From: Candidatus Poribacteria bacterium
Lineage (GTDB): Bacteria > Poribacteria > WGA-4E > WGA-3G
Length of the DNA stretch: 64,000 bases
Assembly (NCBI GenBank): GCA_963663765.2
Contig: CAXXUA010000013.1
Location: forward strand, 32,001 to 96,000
Direction: 5' to 3'
A model generated the notes under the pieces. That model was not told where the DNA came from and did not search any database. It worked only from the letters and a program-made list of their open reading frames with translations. This document shows, piece after piece, positions 60,567 to 64,000 of this stretch. The position numbers were made by a program, and so were the translations under genes. The first letter of the stretch is position 1, and each line of letters begins with the position of its first letter.

Positions 60567-62501
60567 TTGGAGAATAAAATGAGTAAAGTAATTGGAATTG
60601 ATTTAGGAACAACTAACTCGTGTGTCGCAGTATTAGAGAGTGGCGATGCGAAGGTGATTGAAAACGCGGAGGGTAATCGAACCACACCCTCAATCGTCGG
60701 TTTCACTAAAGAAGGAGAACGTCCTGTCGGACAAGTCGCAAAAAGACAAGCTATCACAAATCCTGAAAACACAATTTTTTCAATAAAAAGGTTCATGGGG
60801 AGAAAATTCAGTGAAATCGGTGATGAATCTTCCCGTGTACCTTATGAATTAAAAGGCGACAAAGATGGAGACGTTTGCGTAAATATAGACGGCAAAGAAT
60901 ACTCTCCGCCAGAAATCTCAGCAATGGTTTTGCGGAAGATGAAAGAAACCGCGGAGGCGTATCTCGGTGAAGAGGTTACACAAGCAGTAATCACTGTGCC
61001 TGCTTATTTCAACGATTCGCAACGGCAAGCGACTGCAGATTCGGGGAAGATTGCAGGCTTAGAAGTATTGCGGATCATCAACGAACCGACTGCTGCTTCA
61101 CTCGCTTACGGGTTGCAAAATGAAGGTGATAAGAAGATCGCTGTTTACGATCTTGGTGGTGGAACATTTGACATCTCTATTCTTGAAATCGGTGATGGTG
61201 TTTTTGAAGTTAAAAGCACAAATGGAGATACACACCTCGGTGGTGATGATTTTGACCAAGAGATTATTGATTGGATGGCACAGGAATTTCTGAGTAGTCA
61301 AGGGATTGATCTGCGAAATGACCAGATGGCACTGCAACGGTTGAAAGAGGCAGCAGAAACAGCAAAATGCGAACTTTCCAGCACTCTACAAACGGATATT
61401 AACTTGCCATTTATCACGGTGGATGCGAGTGGTCCCAAGCACCTTAACTTGACTCTTACGCGAGCAAAACTGGAACAGATAACAGACGATTTGGTAGAAC
61501 GTTCGCTTGCACCTTGTAGACAGGCATTATCGGATGCAGAGATGCAGCCCAACGAGATCGACGAAGTGATACTTGTCGGTGGACAAACACGGATGCCAAA
61601 AGTGCAGGAGGCGGTGCAACAGCTCTTTGGAAAAGAACCTCACAAGGGTGTCAATCCCGATGAGGTTGTTGCGGTCGGTGCAGCAATCCAAGGTGGTGTG
61701 CTTGCTGGTGATGAGGAAGTCAAGGACATTTTATTGCTTGATGTAACTCCGCTTTCACTTGGTATTGAGACACTCGGTGGAATGTTTACTCGATTGATAG
61801 AAAAGAATACCACTATCCCAACAAAGAAGTCAGAGAAGTTCACTACTGCAGAAGATAGTCAGACTGCTGTTGATGTGCATGTGCTTCAAGGGGAACGGGA
61901 ACAAGCAGTATACAACAAAACGATTGGTCGGTTCCGATTGGGTGACATTCCACCTGCTCCCAGAGGTGTCCCACAAATTGAGGTAACGTTTGATATTGAT
62001 GCAAATGGTATTCTCAATGTATCTGCTAAGGACACAGCAACGGGGAAGGAACAGAAGATCACGATTACTGCGTCTTCCGGTCTCAGCGATGCCGAAATCG
62101 AACAGATGGTGAAAGATGCGGAGGCACATGCTGAAGAAGATAAGCAAAAGCGGGAAGAAGTTGAAACACGCAATCGCGCCGATTCTTTAGTCTATGAAAC
62201 CGAGAAAAATCTGAAGGAATTCGGGGACAAGGTGGAAGATGCGACTAAGGAGAAGGTCAATGCGGGTGTGGAACGCGTGAAACAAGCACTTGAAGCGAAT
62301 AACAATGCTGAGATTAAGGCTGCGACAGATGACTTGATGCAGATTTGGCATGAGGCATCAGCGCAAATGTATCAGCAGACTGCGGAAGCTGAACAGGATG
62401 CTACCCAACAAGATGCTCCATCTGAAAATGCTGCTGAAGGCGAAGTCGTTGACGCTGAATACGAAGTCGTTGACGAGGATGAGAATAAGGACGAGAAGTA
62501 G
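60567..62501 (+). CDS. dnaK: Molecular chaperone DnaK
   Basis: [32 protein letters not shown]. Likely start is MSKV at about 60580. Confidence 0.98.
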   Translation: MENKMSKVIGIDLGTTNSCVAVLESGDAKVIENAEGNRTTPSIVGFTKEGERPVGQVAKRQAITNPENTIFSIKRFMGRKFSEIGDESSRVPYELKGDKDGDVCVNIDGKEYSPPEISAMVLRKMKETAEAYLGEEVTQAVITVPAYFNDSQRQATADSGKIAGLEVLRIINEPTAASLAYGLQNEGDKKIAVYDLGGGTFDISILEIGDGVFEVKSTNGDTHLGGDDFDQEIIDWMAQEFLSSQGIDLRNDQMALQRLKEAAETAKCELSSTLQTDINLPFITVDASGPKHLNLTLTRAKLEQITDDLVERSLAPCRQALSDAEMQPNEIDEVILVGGQTRMPKVQEAVQQLFGKEPHKGVNPDEVVAVGAAIQGGVLAGDEEVKDILLLDVTPLSLGIETLGGMFTRLIEKNTTIPTKKSEKFTTAEDSQTAVDVHVLQGEREQAVYNKTIGRFRLGDIPPAPRGVPQIEVTFDIDANGILNVSAKDTATGKEQKITITASSGLSDAEIEQMVKDAEAHAEEDKQKREEVETRNRADSLVYETEKNLKEFGDKVEDATKEKVNAGVERVKQALEANNNAEIKAATDDLMQIWHEASAQMYQQTAEAEQDATQQDAPSENAAEGEVVDAEYEVVDEDENKDEK

Positions 62502-62544
62502 GTAGCCCATTATTAACTGCATACTTATATCTAAGAGGCGTTAT

Positions 62545-63154
62545 TGAAGTCTTATAGTGAGTTTACCTTAGAATTGGTAGTTACGACATTTTAACTTGAA
62601 ACGATTGACACCGTCGGTCTGTTTTCTGACGTAGAGACGGTGTCTCCAAGTGCATATCTCACAACAGGGTTGGAGAGAAAGGCATCATTAGCTACCGTTA
62701 TCGGCACAGAGAAAGCACGATCGGAACTGATTGTCGCTGATATACTGGTTGAACTCCGCGAGTATTGTGAAAAGCGTATCAGTTTCTTCTCTGGAATTGA
62801 CTTTAACGTTGATGTAGAATCTGGTTTAACTGGTGTATGTAATTTTTTAGTAAGCCTATCACCAAACCAATTTTACTTGGAAGCACCTGTCCTTATACTT
62901 GTTGAAGCAAAAAACCTTGACTTGAAACTTGGGCTTGGGCAGTGTATCGCGGAGATGATCGCTGCCCAACGTTTTAACGCAGAAATAGGAAATGATATCC
63001 TTTGCGTAAATGGTGCCAGTACCACAGGAGTTGAGTGGGGTTGTTCCTGAAGTTGCACGGAAAGTGCTTGCAACTTGATATGTCAACCTATACGATTGAG
63101 CGATGTGACAGGATCCTCGGAATCCTCTCCAGCATGGTAGCACAAAAGGTGTGA
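62545..63154 (+). pseudogene. Restriction-endonuclease-fold protein, broken
   Basis: TEKARSELIV..VEAK...GLGQCIAEMIAAQRFN. In-frame stop near 62593; frameshift near 63040 (FLKL continues in another frame). Confidence 0.7.
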
Positions 63155-63232
63155 AATAACGTTCAACATCATAGAAATAATGTTTTTGTTCACAAACCTA
63201 CAACGCACAAATAATTACAAAGGAGAATAAAA

Positions 63233-63523
63233 ATGGTTACTAAACATGATAAAACCGCCCAAAGTATTGCTGACAAGAAAGGTGCCGATTATAATAAGGG
63301 ACCAGGTCCAGATATTAAGACATCCCGTCAAACCATTGAAGTGGAAACGCCTAACACCATTGGAGATGCTGGTCGTCAACTTCGGGGACATAAAGGTCCC
63401 GTCTATGTCGCAGTAACAGATGATAAGGCTATTCCAAAGGCTTTGGATCGTTACGAAGACACAACGATTGGCGTTATGGATTCTTCAGGCAAGATCCGAA
63501 AACGTTCTACACGTAAAAGTTAG
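63233..63523 (+). CDS. Small hypothetical protein, possible PD-(D/E)xK-like fold
   Basis: Strong RBS aaggag; GPDI....IEVET..GRQL. Confidence 0.55.
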   Translation: MVTKHDKTAQSIADKKGADYNKGPGPDIKTSRQTIEVETPNTIGDAGRQLRGHKGPVYVAVTDDKAIPKALDRYEDTTIGVMDSSGKIRKRSTRKS

Positions 63524-63568
63524 TCGTAATTTGATTATATGGGGTTGCATGCAAATGTAGTTTTGATT

Positions 63569-64000
63569 ATGAATGAAGCCGATACGCGTATCAAAAATAT
63601 AGATCCTTTGCTAAGAGAAGCTGATTGGAGTGATTCAAACAACCCGGATGTACCATCTTTTAAACGGGAACACTATTTCACCGATGGAAAAATAAAAGGT
63701 GAAGGAATACGCGGAAAAGCAAGACGTGCCGATTATCTCCTCTACTACCGGCAACCCCATTTTCCTATTGCTGTTGTTGAGGCAAAAGCAGACTATAAAC
63801 GTCCATCTGATGGTCTCCAACAGGCAAAAACCTATGCACAAATGTTAGGGCTTAAATTTGCGTACTCTACAAATGGTGAACTTTTCGTAGAGCATGATTT
63901 TATTTTAGGTGTAGAAACTAAATTCTACAAAATACCCTCACCGTTGGAACTTTGGGAACGTCTGAAAAAGCATGAAGGTTTTTCTTCACAAGAAGAAAAT
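63569..64000 (+). CDS. hsdR: Type I restriction enzyme subunit R (EcoAI/EcoEI-like), 3' truncated by the window edge
   Basis: My translation: MNEADTRIKNIDPLLREADW..RADYLLY..IAVVEAK..GLQQAKTYA..FAYSTNG; open to the window end. Confidence 0.88.
   Translation, partial: MNEADTRIKNIDPLLREADWSDSNNPDVPSFKREHYFTDGKIKGEGIRGKARRADYLLYYRQPHFPIAVVEAKADYKRPSDGLQQAKTYAQMLGLKFAYSTNGELFVEHDFILGVETKFYKIPSPLELWERLKKHEGFSSQEEN

Noticed and set aside
63635-63841. Minus-strand 68-aa ORF
   Set aside because: Antisense to the hsdR frame, which the ORF track omits because it has no stop within the window.
1-64000. tRNA, rRNA, integrase or prophage genes
   Set aside because: None recognised by eye; a covariance-model scan would be needed to exclude small RNAs.

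Overview
AT-rich bacterial DNA. The gene repertoire suggests Candidatus Poribacteria (sponge-associated or marine); this is an inference from the WD40+dockerin proteins, a LamG protein ending in a KLxTTWGxxK tail, PhyH, Gfo/Idh/MocA and an NPFNP-type C-terminal domain. Housekeeping and metabolic genes (ftsH-folP-acpS, rpiA, L-rhamnose isomerase, fabV, dnaK, the start of a type I hsdR) alternate with accessory blocks. Two things stand out. (1) A non-cellulolytic cohesin-dockerin system: a cohesin + Spondin_N + secretion-CTD protein is encoded next to a 2042-aa Reeler/CxxCH + Ig-repeat + dockerin protein. Together they carry the Reeler-Spondin_N domain pair of animal F-spondin, split over two proteins that could dock. 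Further dockerin clients (two WD40 proteins, a double-dockerin metalloprotease) lie elsewhere in the window. (2) The intergenic DNA is a nested set of non-autonomous elements: at least nine TIR-bounded MITE families, most carrying their own GTAG/GTGG-type REP; IS231-like MITEs with 19-20 bp target duplications; and a 34-70 nt hairpin cassette inserted into several different REPs, with empty alleles visible in the window. All domain and family calls come from motif recognition by eye, not from database searches.
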